A stretch of DNA of 64,000 nucleotides from the NCBI GenBank assembly GCA_020891255.1, contig BQFW01000015.1, positions 2,170,001 through 2,234,000 of the forward strand, written 5' to 3'. The position numbers and the translations under genes are program-made. Of the stretch, positions 34,601-48,808 are shown in pieces. The notes below the pieces were generated by a model that saw nothing but the letters and a program-made list of their open reading frames with translations, was not told the DNA's origin and searched no databases. The DNA is from Entomortierella parvispora E1425. Its lineage: Eukaryota > Fungi > Mortierellomycota. Position 1 is the stretch's first letter. Each line of letters starts with the position of its first letter.

Positions 34601-37600
34601 CTCGCTTCGGATCAAATTGACAGAAGCACTGCGTTCACGTGCCCTTGGAAAGGCATGCTGCCACCTTCTGAGATGAGATGTCATGCGGATGACTGTTTTG
34701 GGAGGGTTGCAGGGGTTGATGTCCGTTTGCTTGGATCTCTGGCGCGTTTGAATGATTCTGCCTCCAGGGCCTGAGGGATTGGAGACAAATGTGCGATGGC
34801 CCTTTTCGCTCGAAAACGACCCTGTGTTAACAGAGTCGGCGCCCGAGACCTCGGAGGTGGTTTCATCCTGCAGGGCTCGATAATTCCTGATGTAGATAGG
34901 CTTGACAGTGCTTGAGCTCAAAAATCCGGGGTCATCATCAGTGCTCGCTCGAATATGTCCCGATTTTGGTTTGATATCGATGTTGGCTTGGGAAGTCCTG
35001 CCGTAGTTGCCGTCATCCCCAGCGCCATCGTCAGTTCCTTTCTGTCCATTTCCGTTCTGACCATCGTAGTCGTCCGAGGGTGATTTCTCAACTTGCTTTG
35101 CAGCACGACTCTCTTCCAAAAAGCCATTGGCGCTTTTAAGTGAGAACGAGACCCTGTTTGGTGCAGTGGCAAGATCCCTCAGCGTCGGATTCTCAGGAAT
35201 GACGCTCGTGGCCATTACCATGGATGTGTTCCAAGCACGCGGCAAACTTCGGGAGAGCTCGCTAGTCACCTTGTGGCCAGAAACAGTATGATAATTCGGC
35301 TTTTCCAAGTATCCCTCCATTCGACGGCCTGCGTTGGCGTTCTTTCCTCCCGACTCCAGATTATCCAACGAGACTGCATCTCTGATCATTCCCCGAGAGG
35401 TGGTTGACATGCTGAGCTGTCGAATTTCTGCCGCCAATTGCGAATTCTTGTCGGCAAAGACATCATCGTCATGCTTTTCAAAATCGGTTGTCGAGGCCGA
35501 TTGTCCCCTAGAGCCCAGAGCATCAGATGAATGTAGCCGTTTGCCAAAATTGGAAGGATACTGCGAGTTGTAACTTTCGTTGAGATATGGAATAGATATA
35601 CTGGATATCTCGTGCTCCATAATGCCCATCATCTGGAGTTCGTACATCTTGCACCGGGTATAGAATTTTTGAGGATTTGGCTTCCGGGAACCGACGTAGA
35701 ACATGCAGTCGACCCAATGTGGCATCATATAGTATGTTTTGCAGGCGGACGATGGAAACATTGGAGGCGCATCGTAGTAAAGCGGGTCCGACATGTCGAG
35801 CTGCACTTCTGGCAAGGGGTTGGATGTAGATGATTTGAAGGCTCTGGTCCAAGGTGTGGTCGGCCTTGTATCAGCGGACGATTCTTTGATGGAGGGTGGC
35901 CTGGATGTTGGGCGGGCAAAGGCGCTTGAAGAACGATTCATAGAAGTCGGTCCACTGTTGTTCCCAAAACTCATGTTCGATGGCGAGGGTCCTGAGCCGT
36001 TGTTCACAGATGTCAGACCACTTGAGTCTGCCAGCGGGCCTTTCCAGCGGAAAAGAGGGACAATGTGGGCGGGTATTTTGGACAGACAAACCATATCCAG
36101 TCCGATTCCTCCACTAATCATACGCTCAGTCGTCAAACGCAGCAGCTTCTTGTCAACATCAAACATGCCTGAACCAGGAGTAATCATCACAATAGACAGT
36201 CCCGTCCTCTCCAGATCCCGGTCGACATAGTGCTTGTCGAGGGAATTGAGCGCCAGGTTGATTGATTCCAGGACGTTTCCTTCAAAAGCGAACGAGTTCT
36301 CTCCAGAAAGGATCTCGTATTTTCCGGAGGGCCGCAGCAGAATATCCCGCTGGTATCGCATGACTTCTTCCTTGAGGGGAACAATAGCTGACGTCCAATC
36401 CATGCGCGCTTCCCAATCAACAACGACCTTGTAAAAGTCTTGGTAGAACCTCCCTTCTTCATCCTTCTGTAGTCCTGACTGTCCTCCTGGGTATCCGTCA
36501 ATTTTGAAGCGAGCCTCTTCCTCCTCCTGATAAAAGATCCTTGAGAACAAGACAATTGATACTACATGGTTTGCAGGTGTCTCATGCTCTGACTTTCCGT
36601 CTCTCTTTCCTCGCCAGCGAGCAAAAAGATTTGGCAGAAATCCAAAAATGACCCTTTCAAAGAAGATCTCGCCATCCTCGTCAAACTCCCACATCTCTCT
36701 GGACATCTGGATGAAAATAAAGTACTTGGCGGATTCTGACCGGAAGATTATCCTAGTGTCTGCTGTAATGTATCCACTAGGAACCTACATGTGGATAAAG
36801 AGTTAGCGTAAGATCTGAACATCTGCCGAGCGTTCCATGCATGACAATTCGTGACGAGTTCTTACAGACTGATTTCCAACATATATCTCCTTGACTTGAA
36901 CGCGTATGCAGCCTAGATACAGGATCTTTTTGGCCTCATAGACGCAAGTGCCCACCAGACTTGTCCTAAGGCGCCACATGTCGCTTCGACCCACATACTG
37001 ATCGCGGAACGTGACCTCGACATATTTTGCAGCATATCGGTTTGGGTCCGCCTAGCAAATGATATTTGAAACACGATTAAGAGCTGTCAAGATGAGCTAC
37101 CATTGATCCTCAGGAAACAAGACAATTCTTACCTTTTGGATGATAACATCTTGTCTTGATGAGATTCCAAAAATCTTTGCGATGTTGGTCGCAAGAGAGA
37201 CCTAGTATATCAAATGAATATGCTACCATAAGCGCAGGTTCTGGTTCCTGTGGCCACATGATCACGAAGAACCCAGTGTACTGAGCCGTTACCTGGACTG
37301 GCGTTCTGCTTGGTGTATCCTTGTCTGGTCCCGCCCATTGAATGATTAGCTTTTTGGTCGAGTCCTTGGGCAGGGTTGGGTCATAAATCTCGAATAGATC
37401 GCCAGGTTTGACATTGGGGAGCAATTTTGGATCGAGGACGAGGTCCTGCTTGGAAAAATGCTCGTTGTGGACATGGATCTTTGTCAGGCTGAAGGCTGGT
37501 GCTGCAGTGGCGTTTGAGTGGGGGCCATCATTTGGTTGATTTGAACTGTTTGTTCCAAGAGCGCCAGTCCCGGCTTGTAGAGTTTGTTGGGACGTGGTCA

Positions 37601-37661
37601 TGCCACGCTGCGCAGACCCTGCTCCAAGATTGGATCCTGCTCCTGCGACAGAGTTGTACAT
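31616..37661 (-). CDS. IML1: GATOR1/SEACIT subunit DEPDC5/Iml1 (~1930 aa): SABA/DUF3608, SHEN, DEP and C-terminal domains
   Basis: Exons 37661-37293, 37201-37133, 37051-36866, 36784-31616. Motifs: FRDQYVGRSDMWR, IFRSESAKYFIFIQMSREMWEFDEDGE, GNVLESINLALN, YVDRDLERTG, PASLPLTTDYFP, RLAQGFQL, DEP domain LQDRRWHLRVYNSVFLGNEVVDWL..FLDGHYFY. Confidence 0.97.
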
Positions 37662-37980
37662 GCTTGCCAGCTTATAGCTTGTTCTCCAGGGTGGTAAATG
37701 AAAGGCGTTGGCTGTTCAAGGCGTCCAAAACACGGTTCCCTCGTTCACTCTTCAACACGAGTCTGATTGCGGTCTTCAGAAATGGAAGCTGTCCAGGTGA
37801 GCGCTTGAGCGTTATTCCAGCTATTCGATTCCTTGTCTTGATCTCCGAGTCTCCTGGCAGCTGGATGGATGGACGGAGGTGTGGACGGAGTGATGGATGG
37901 AGTGAATGGATGATGGGTGAAAATGACAAAGAGACGTGCTTGTCGGTGTCGGACAAGGTGTGAGAAAGGCAAGCGGGAAC

Positions 37981-38014
<34 letters not shown>

Positions 38015-38223
38015 GGTGGTCTGTCTGGGCTGAGCTTGTCCTTCCTTCCCTGCCCCTTCTCTGTCCCTCTCACTCGCCACTCACTTCTTTTTCCCCTGCT
38101 CTTCCTCTTTTCCCTTCTTCTTCTTCTTCTTCTTTGTCCTTCCTCTCATCCAATCCCGTTCCATCCTCCGTCAACTCTCCTCCTTTTCCCTCACCTTCAC
38201 CTTCACCTACCACATCCACCACC

Positions 38224-39977
<1,754 letters not shown>

Positions 39978-40331
39978 GTACAAGGGTATCTACTTCCCAG
40001 CAATGGATCCATAATACTCCTATCCCGCTCCTCTTTCTATCATCCTGCCGCCTTTTGCCAGATTCCCCTTTCTTTTCTTTTCAAGCGATTAAAATAAATA
40101 AAAGATTTCCTTAATGCTTTTCTCTCGGTCTATCAAGTCCAGTACCGATCCCTGCCTGCCAATGTGTCCACGCAAAATTTGGCCATCGGCTTTGGACAAA
40201 CGAAGACAAAATCCAAGGTCAAAAATGATGTCGAAAATAAAAAGAATTTTCATTTATAGGCACATTGAAGTGTTTTTTTTTTTTTTTTGAGCGGAGGGGT
40301 GTGTATGTATTTGAGATGAAACCGAACATGC

Positions 40332-40965
40332 TTAAACGGAAGCAACGCGGGTGTTCAAGGTGTTCTTCTACTCGTCCAACAATCGGAAAAAAAAAAGAGG
40401 GAGGAAAAGATATATGAGTACGACAAGGTCTAAATATCTCGACATAAATCATCTTGCATGTAAACATGCACCCAATGAAAACTCTGGAAGGAAAAAGATG
40501 GGTCCCTGCTCCGGCCACATCTCCCTTCCATTTGTTTCCGAAAAAAAGAGGGTTTACTTACGACCTCACCCTGCTTGCCGGCCTCCCACTTGGCGTACTT
40601 GAGACCCTGCTCATCGCGACGGACGGCAACGACGCGAGCCTCCTCCTTGAGGGAGTTGCGGACGGCGCGGGCGCAGACCTGAGCGTACTGAAGGTAGCTG
40701 TTGAAGTAAAGCAAATGAATGGAAAGGAAATGGAAGATTAGGTCGGGATGAACATGGAAAAGAGTTGATCAGGGGGGGTCATGATGGTCGATTTCAGGGC
40801 CATTAATCGAATGGATTCAAGGATGGATTGGAGGCAGGTCGGGTGTGTAGGTCGAGGGCACATTGCTGTGGGTTCAGTCGTAGGGCTATTGTATGATGAA
40901 GAGAGGGAACTGGGGGATCTCCGGATAATCTCTTACGTGAAGGTGGGCTTCCAGAATTGAGACAT
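40332..40965 (-). CDS. ATP15: Mitochondrial F1 ATP synthase epsilon subunit, 66 aa
   Basis: Exons 40965-40937, 40697-40562 and 40367-40332 give MSQFWKPTFTYLQYAQVCARAVRNSLKEEARVVAVRRDEQGLKYAKWEAGKQGEVKNTLNTRVASV. The last exon is less certain. Confidence 0.85.
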
Positions 40966-41528
40966 GGTGATGGATGGTGATGAGATTGGACGGATGGAGA
41001 GATGCGATTCATTCATCAATCCTTTCTGTTTGGGGGACAATTCGGGCTGCGAGCGGGAGGGACAGTGATTCGCTATCGCCTGTCAAAGATACAAGCCACC
41101 CACCAAACGAGGTGACGTAAAATTATGCAGGGAAGTAAGCATACAACTTTCGGTTTTCCCTGTTGTGGGGATATTCATTTCGTGTGGGTCGTGTGTCTAT
41201 GGGGAACGCTCTTTGGCCCTTTCTTTCATCTTTTTTTGTCTTTTTTTTCTTTTCGATCATGTTCCTTCTCTTCTTCCCTCTTTTTTCTCTCAATTTCTTG
41301 CACAGCTATATAATAAAATATCCACTTCAAGAGCCAGAGGGCAAGGGGTTTGAAGGGGTATCGGGCACTGTTTGCGGTGTGTATGGGGGGAAGGAATAAG
41401 GGGATGTTGACCATTCGCTCTTTTTTTTTTGTTCTGTCTCTCTTTGTTGGTGTTTTTCGATCTCATTCGCCCATCTCTAAAGAAGCGTATAATAAAAAAC
41501 AGAAGGGGGGGAGGGAAAAAAGAAAACA

Positions 41529-44500
41529 TTATTCCTGGTCGTTGTTGCCAGAGGACCGCTTCATGTCCAAGACCTCCTCCAAACTGCGATGACGAGAGAG
41601 CTCGTCCAGCACGGTCTCGTCCACTGGTATAATTGACTTTCTGCGGAACTGTTGATGGAACGCAGGTCCATTGTCGAACGTTTGCAAGTCGCCGCTGTAT
41701 AAATCTTGATCCGTTCCGTTTCCGTTCTCAAGATCCTCTTCAGGTTCTCCAATGATCTCATCTTGATCATATGATTCTAGTTGAGAAAAACGGACAAATG
41801 AAGGCAGTATCAGTACATCCGACGCTCCCTTCAAAATTTTCTATATCAACAAGGCTCTTGCTACAACACATCCTTGACAGAGTTATTACCAAGAGGAACA
41901 GGGACCGGTTCAACGGGGTGGGGTAAAGGAGCAGAGACGCCACCTTGAGCGGAAAGGCTCGCGTAGTTTTCGGCCGCCTGTTGCTCCAATCGTTGCCAGA
42001 CTTCTTCTCTGTCTTGGTGACGCTTCCGATCGCTAGTGATTGTCAGAATACACATCAGTAAACAAGATTGATGTGATCTCGAGTAACACATGTATGAAAC
42101 GTTAAACTTACTTTTGACGAGCTTGACGGTAATGGTTCGTACACTCATCAAACAGCTTTGGTGTGGCATCCATGAAAAGTTTGAGGGCATTAAAGACCAA
42201 TCCATGAATTGTCCTATAAAAGGAGACAGCCCTATTAGATGTTGTCCTGTACCTTTTTCATAAAGCGACTCGAAGAGGACAGCTCTGCTTACCTATTCCA
42301 GTGTGTCTTTGAGTTTTTATAAAGTGACTGGAAGACGATGGGAAGGATCTCATTTGCGTTGTCATGTATCAAGCTGACAATGTATTCGTTGTTCCAGTAG
42401 TAAAGAGCTCGTTCGGCCACCTAAAGGAAAGTAACGACGTGTGCGTGTGAGTGAATGTCAAGTCAAACAAGTACAAGTGGGCGACCCTCTTTTGAGCTGC
42501 CGTTCAATCATCTATATGGCATACTTGGAAATGTGGACTTGAAACGCATCGAGCAATCTGTGTGAACAATGGTCCTTCGATCTTCACAAATTCTGAAGGC
42601 TCAATGACGTCCAAAATTTCTTCAATTTCGTTCAGGAACATGACCTCCTTTGGACTGTTAACCTTGGGCCAGAAGCGCAAGAGACCGTGAACAACCTGGA
42701 GGATATGGGAGTTAGAAGAGTTAGTTCCAGCTCAGTATTTTTCACACAAGGGTAGTGACCAACAAAACAAGATGAGGTTACCTCTTCAGTCAACGTGGGG
42801 TCCTTCTCCAAGAATTGAACAACACAGTAGGCAAGCTGTGGGTGATACAAGGTCAATGATCGTGCCTTGTGGAGAGGCAAGAGCACTTTGGTCAAAAAGG
42901 TCTTGTGCTCCTCCTTCAAAGGAAGGGCAAACCCGTTGATGATACTGAAAGAAGAAGAGGAATGTCAGTACAAGCTCCAGCTGCCCAAATTTTTGTCAAG
43001 AATCTTGCGCTACCGTCAACTTACCTTCCAAGAATCTCCAAAAGCTCGGCAATACCATTGTGTCTTTCTTTCTCGTAAATGAACTGGAAAAAGACATTGT
43101 TGATCGATCGTCGAATGAAAGCTCTCAGGTTCAAGAACTTTCCATAGATACGATGGAGAGTCGTCTTCAGGAAATCACGCTCTCTTGGATCCTCGCTATC
43201 AAACAGTTCCAAGAGCTAATCATGTAGTAATATGAAGGGGAGAAACGTAAGGGGGTGTGAAGCGACAGAGAACAAGATATATGGCGCAGCTAACAGTCAA
43301 TCAAAAGGATGACGCCGAGAGTCGAAAATATATATATACCTGGAGGATAAAGTGATGGTCGATAAACTTCTTGGCCATGTTGGTGTTGAAGTCCTGCGAC
43401 TCGATGAACCGCAGGAAGAACTCGTAGACAATCTGCAGATGAGGCCACGCGAGCTCCAATACTGGCTCATCTTCCTCTGGATCAAAAGCCTCGCCAGTTG
43501 GGTTAACTTGAGGTGGGATCGTTCTAAACAAATTCGTGGCAAACTGTTCGGACCGCAGTCAATGTAAAAATAAACGAGTCAGCACGAGTAAACAAATTCC
43601 TTGGACCCAGGCAATCGACCGCCTGCATTCTGCATTCAGGAGTACGGATAGTCCAAGTGAGATCGTACCATGTTGACCACCTCGGGATACACAGGCTCGG
43701 TGATGACGCCCCTGTTATTGGTGATGTAGTCCAAGATCTCTGTCAAAGCTTGTCGCTTGATCTCCTTGCCCTTCAGCTCCGATGATGCGTCATTAAAGTC
43801 AAAAACAACAGCACATTGTCCAATCTTTCTCAAGAAAAGGTCCTGTCGGTCGATGTGCGCCACCTCTACAGAAATGGAGAGTATCTTTCGGTTAGTCCCA
43901 GATCAGTCACCCTGCCCTATCCCGACAGCCATCTGGGTTCCGAAAAGGGCAAGAGAGAGAGAGAGAGAAAGAAAAACAGACTTGCCATCCAGTCCTTGCA
44001 ATCTCTCCAGCGACACGCGTTCCGTGACATGGAACCGAGAAGAACGTTGGCGGCGAGGTGTCTTGCTGATAGGAATGGCGTCCTTTGGCGCATTCTTCAT
44101 CCTGTTGAGCGGCCCGCTTTTAGGAATCTCCTTCTCTCCTGTGGGTTTGCTGGAAGGCGAGGCTGGGTTGGGCGAGGAAGGCTGACCGACCAATAGATGA
44201 GAGGCTCCGGGCTGGTTCTGTTCCGTCTAGTCAGAACGCAAAGCAGAAGCAAAGCACGAGAAGAAACACAAGAGAGAGGGGCCAGTTAGTGGTTGATGAC
44301 AACAAAAAAGAAGAAAAAAAAGGGGGCAAAAAGAGGACACGAAGGGCGAGCACGCTTGTTTTTTTTTGAATGGGCAGCCCTGGTCTGCCCCTTGGTCTCG
44401 GCGATGGGAATTCGTCAGTTGCAAAGGTGAAGACATGCTATGCAACAAAAAGACAAGGCAAACTCTCATCGTCCGCGGCACTTACTGGGTCAGCATTCAT

Positions 44501-44944
44501 GATTACGATGGTGGGCGGACTGTTGCTGTTGCGCTGATCAAAAGTCATGTTGTTGGTGTGGTAGCTTGAGCCGTTGCTCAGGTTCTTGTTACTGTCAGAG
44601 CTGGCTGTTAGAGTCGCACTAGTGTGAACTTGGACAGGACTGTCGGTGCTGCCGTTGCTGATACCGTTCGTGACGGTGTCGGAGGCGAGAGGTGTGGGAG
44701 TGGGGTGGATAGCAATAGGAAGGACGTTCTGCTGGGTCATAGCCTCGTTTCCTTCGGTTGCAGCAATAGCCGTTGTGGGCAAAGACGCGGTGAAGACTGA
44801 GCCGTCGGTTCTGGCCGTGGTTGTGGAGGTATTGACGGTGGGGGCGGTGGTTGTGGTGGTAGTGGTGGTGGTGGTGCTGGGCGAGCTCGTGTTACTGCTA
44901 TTTTTCGACTTGTTCCTGCTCAAGACGCCCTTCAAGCCCTTCAT
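41529..44944 (-). CDS. RTS1: Protein phosphatase 2A regulatory subunit B56/B' (Rts1-like); multi-exon with S/T-rich N-terminal extension
   Basis: [94 protein letters not shown]|[22 protein letters not shown]. Confidence 0.96.
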
Positions 44945-46121
44945 TGGAGTCTGGGATACGTGGACAATGCGAGTGATTGGAGATGGAACAGTGCAATCCA
45001 CGCCGTGTTCAACGGGAGGCTTGAATGAGATGTTGTGAGCGTGAGTGTGAGCGGGTGGCGAAGGAGCGGAATGAAAGAGTTAAACCTAGGGATGGAGCAG
45101 AGAGGAAGGATGAGCCGGATGAGGGCAACAGTGACAGAAGCAGTCTCTGAATGAGGTGTACCAAGGAGAGAGAAAGGAGGACAGGGTGGCGGAAGGGAGG
45201 AGGAAGAGGAGAAAGAGAAAGGGAAGAGGAAAGAGAAGAGAGGAAAGAAAAAGGTGAAAAGCACCCACCCAAGGAGGGACAAATGATTGAAAGCGATACG
45301 AGAAATGAATTGGATGGACAGAAACCAAAAAAAGGGACCAAAGAAGGGAGACCACAGCCAGAGGAAGAGACGGACGGAAGTACGCAAAGCAAAAGAAACG
45401 GTAAAAAAAGTCTGCGAGAGCATGGTCGCTTGCTCGCCTGGGAACGAATATCGAACTTTGAAGACAGTTGTTGGTATGTCCCCATGGTGTCAATGGTTCC
45501 AATGGTCGCATCTCTGAGGCAGGGGCAAGCAGACAGAGAGGCAGGCAGACATCATGGAACAAAAGGGCATGGGTTTCCCTTGGTTGGTCGGGCTGGACCC
45601 AAGCCAGCGAACGGGGCACGATCTTGTGCTCCAGTCATCAATTATGTTTTCACAAATAAATAAAAGTGGCCAAGGGCTCATTTTATTCATTGCATTGCAG
45701 TCCCTTCTTTCAGTTCAATTGTGATACTTGGGTGTTGGACGGGGTTGTGGTCTGGAGACTTTCCACTCCAGGCGCTGCCACAGAAAGGGGCTCTCAATCT
45801 TTTCATTTTCTCTTTCTTCTTGACCTCCAGCTGCGATGCCAGAAAAAGAACAAGGTCTTGGCCGCCCTCCGAGGACAAGGCCCCCCATTGTGTACCTACC
45901 ACCAATCGTCGCCCCTCGTCATGATTATTTATGTATCTCGCAAAGAGGAAGGGAGGTGATAGTCCGCACTCAATGGTTTTGTCGAAGTGCCAGAAACAGG
46001 GGGCCGGAAGATTACATGACTACACCCTTAAGTGGGCCACACCTTGAAAAATCTCGTTTACCTGCTTTGACTTCATTCTCCACCTCTCTCCACTTCACAT
46101 CGCATTATATACGACCAGATC

Positions 46122-47790
46122 ATGGCAAAGAAGAACAAAAAGAAGGTTGTCAGGCCCTGGTGCTGGTAAGGAAATGATTTGGTGTTTGATTACTAGCTGA
46201 GGCGAAAATTACGTCCAAGGAAATCAGAAATCAAGACTGAAATGTTTGCTTTGTGCATGAAATAGGTACTGTGAGCGAGACTTCGAGGATGAAAAGGTCT
46301 TGATTTCCCATCAGAGAGCGAAACACTTCAAGTGTAATCACTGCAACAAGAAACTGAACACTGCCGGAGGTATGGCAGTCCACGTAATGCAGGTCCACAA
46401 GGAGACGATAAACACGTAAGATTCTATGTTTACCTGGTGTTTTCAACCTGATCACATACTGATTACCCATTGTATTTTTATGGTGATGTAGAGTTCCAAA
46501 TGCAATGCCTGGTCGACAGTCAGTGGATCTGGAAATTTATGGCATGGAGGGCATTCCGGAGGCAGATCAGATTGCGTATTTAGCAAAGCAGGAGGATGGA
46601 GACAACAACCCAGCAAGCAAGCGCCCCAAGTTTGACGGAGGCTCAGCCTCTGTGGAATTCTCGGCCGAGGATCTTCAGAACCAACTTGCCCAACATAAGG
46701 CCATGATGGCTGCTGCTGCAGCTCCAGCTCCAGCAGCAGCAGCGCCACCGCCAGGGATGCCCACCCCCCCAGGATTTCCTATGGCTCCTCCTGTTCCAGG
46801 AGCCCCAGGCGCCCACCCTCCAAACAGTGGACCGTACCCAGGTCAGTTCCAATATCCAGGTATGCCCCCAGCTGCTGCTTCAGTGATGCCTGCTGCGTAT
46901 AGTCAATTCTACCAGCCAAGACCACCACAGCCATTTGGCATGCCTCCACATCCAGGGTAAGTTCATATAGGCCAAGCATTCACGTATCTAGAATCGGTGT
47001 ATTGACGAGTCTGTATTCAAATAGGATGCCTCAAGGAGGTCCTCCTCCACAGTTCCCCCCATATGGCCAGGCACCATGGCCTCCTCATGGACCACCTCCT
47101 GGTGCCCCACATAACATGCCCCCACAACATCACCCTGGGTTTGCCCCCCCTAGGTTCATGAACGGACCGCCACCACCAGGATACCCTCTGCCTCCAGGAA
47201 TGCCTCCTCACATGCCATATGGCGCTCAAGGACTACCTGGAGGTCCTCCTCATCCAATGCACGGGCCTCCTGGACCAATGGCACAAAGACCACCCATGGC
47301 AGCAAGCCCCCACTTGCCACCCGGCTCAGGACCATTGACACCAACAGGTATTCCCAGCTCTCAGATGAATCATGGTTTGAGGCAGACTTCACACATCACT
47401 TCATCCCCCGATGCTACGACATTGGCGGCGGCAGCATCTACGGCGGTCGCCACTTCCTCAGCATCACCGGCCCCATCATCAGCCCCTGTAGCCCCCGCTT
47501 CGACCGCATCTCCTTCTGCACCTCCAACAGGAGCATCTGCCCCTGCTGATGCCGCTGTGAACAAGACACCTTTGACCAATGCAGCGGCCAAGAAGGAGAG
47601 CGTCCTCGTTTACTCCAACAACGATGTTTCTGTGGTAAGTATATCAGACCAAACAAATATTGCTGTTGTATCAAGAGTTATGACCCTAATCAAGCGTTCC
47701 TCCTGACATTTGTGATCTAATAACTACTAGGAGGAAGTCAGGGCAGCTTTAGAGCGATATCGATTCAAACCCAAGGTGGAGTCATCATAA
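46122..47790 (+). CDS. ZNF207: BUB3-interacting GLEBS-motif zinc finger protein (BuGZ/ZNF207)
   Basis: RPWCW|[46 protein letters not shown]; [10 protein letters not shown]; long Pro/Gly-rich IDR; GLEBS-like [10 protein letters not shown]|[10 protein letters not shown]; stop at 47788-47790. Confidence 0.92.
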
Positions 47791-47969
47791 GTTCATAAGT
47801 ATCATTTCCTTGCGCCCTTTTGCTTTGAGCGAATGTAAAATAAAAAAATCTGGCGAGAACTGAAAAACTGAAAAAGTGGCTTGGCTTGACAAGACATCAT
47901 ACATAGCGCAGAAAAGAGCTCAAATCTTCTCCATCCAACCAACACTCCACTCACACAGCAGCATTAACA

Positions 47970-48430
47970 ATGGGTAACGGACAAAAGGCACAGATGAAGC
48001 GTGAGCGCAACGCCAAGAACGCTGGCGGTGATGCTAAGAGTCAGCTTAAAGTCGTAAGTAGATCATGTTCATGGCAAATTTGGCAAATTTGGCAAACAAG
48101 CGTAAAAAAAAAAAAAGGGAGGCACAGCAACTCATTGTCACCACAACCAATTTCGTTTGCAGAACGAGGCTGCCAAGAACATTGTCTGCCAAACCTGCCG
48201 TCAGACCTTCTTGTGCACCATCCGCATCAAGGCGTAAGTGTTGAAAGACTTCTCCGACATTGATGACTGCTCCCTGATCTGCAGGGCAAAAAAAGAAGGG
48301 AAAAGGCGCTAACGAGGCAATTGTTTCTTAATTCTCGGTCAAATGTAGTCTCGAGGAGCATGCCACCAACAAGCACAGCAAAACCGTCCAGGATTGCTTC
48401 CCTGGCTTTGTTGAGACTCCCAAGAAGTAA
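47970..48430 (+). CDS. Small 4F5/ZNF706-like C2H2 zinc finger protein, 78 aa
   Basis: Exons 47970-48053, 48163-48233 and 48349-48430 give MGNGQKAQMKRERNAK..AKSQLKVNEAAKNIVCQTCRQTF..LEEHATNKH. Confidence 0.85.
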
Positions 48431-48808
48431 ACGTGTCTACACTGCATTCCACTCTATATTCATTCCGGTTCATTCAAAACATACACCCCCCTCTCGGAAG
48501 GCGATCCAAGCGATGGAACTTCCGACATATTTTCATTGATGAGCTGGACACCAGTCCTTTTTTAAAAATAAAAAATATCTCTACTTGAACTGTCCATGGA
48601 CTTTTGATATGGTGCTCAAGGTGGTCTGGAGGAGAAGCAACACCCTTTTCGTAAAGTACGGTATGTGTGGGCCGCAGGCACAGAACGAGGAGGCACTTTG
48701 GCCTTTCGATTCGTCACGTGATGGGAAGTGAAAAAAAAAGAATTTATAACTGGCGGCTCTTGACAACTGTTTGAACTTCCTTTTTCCCAACCCTACTAAA
48801 GATTCATC

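Noticed and set aside
44941-45959. Low-complexity ORFs upstream of PP2A-B56
   Set aside because: Purine/pyrimidine-skewed 5' leader and promoter sequence; no domain signal.
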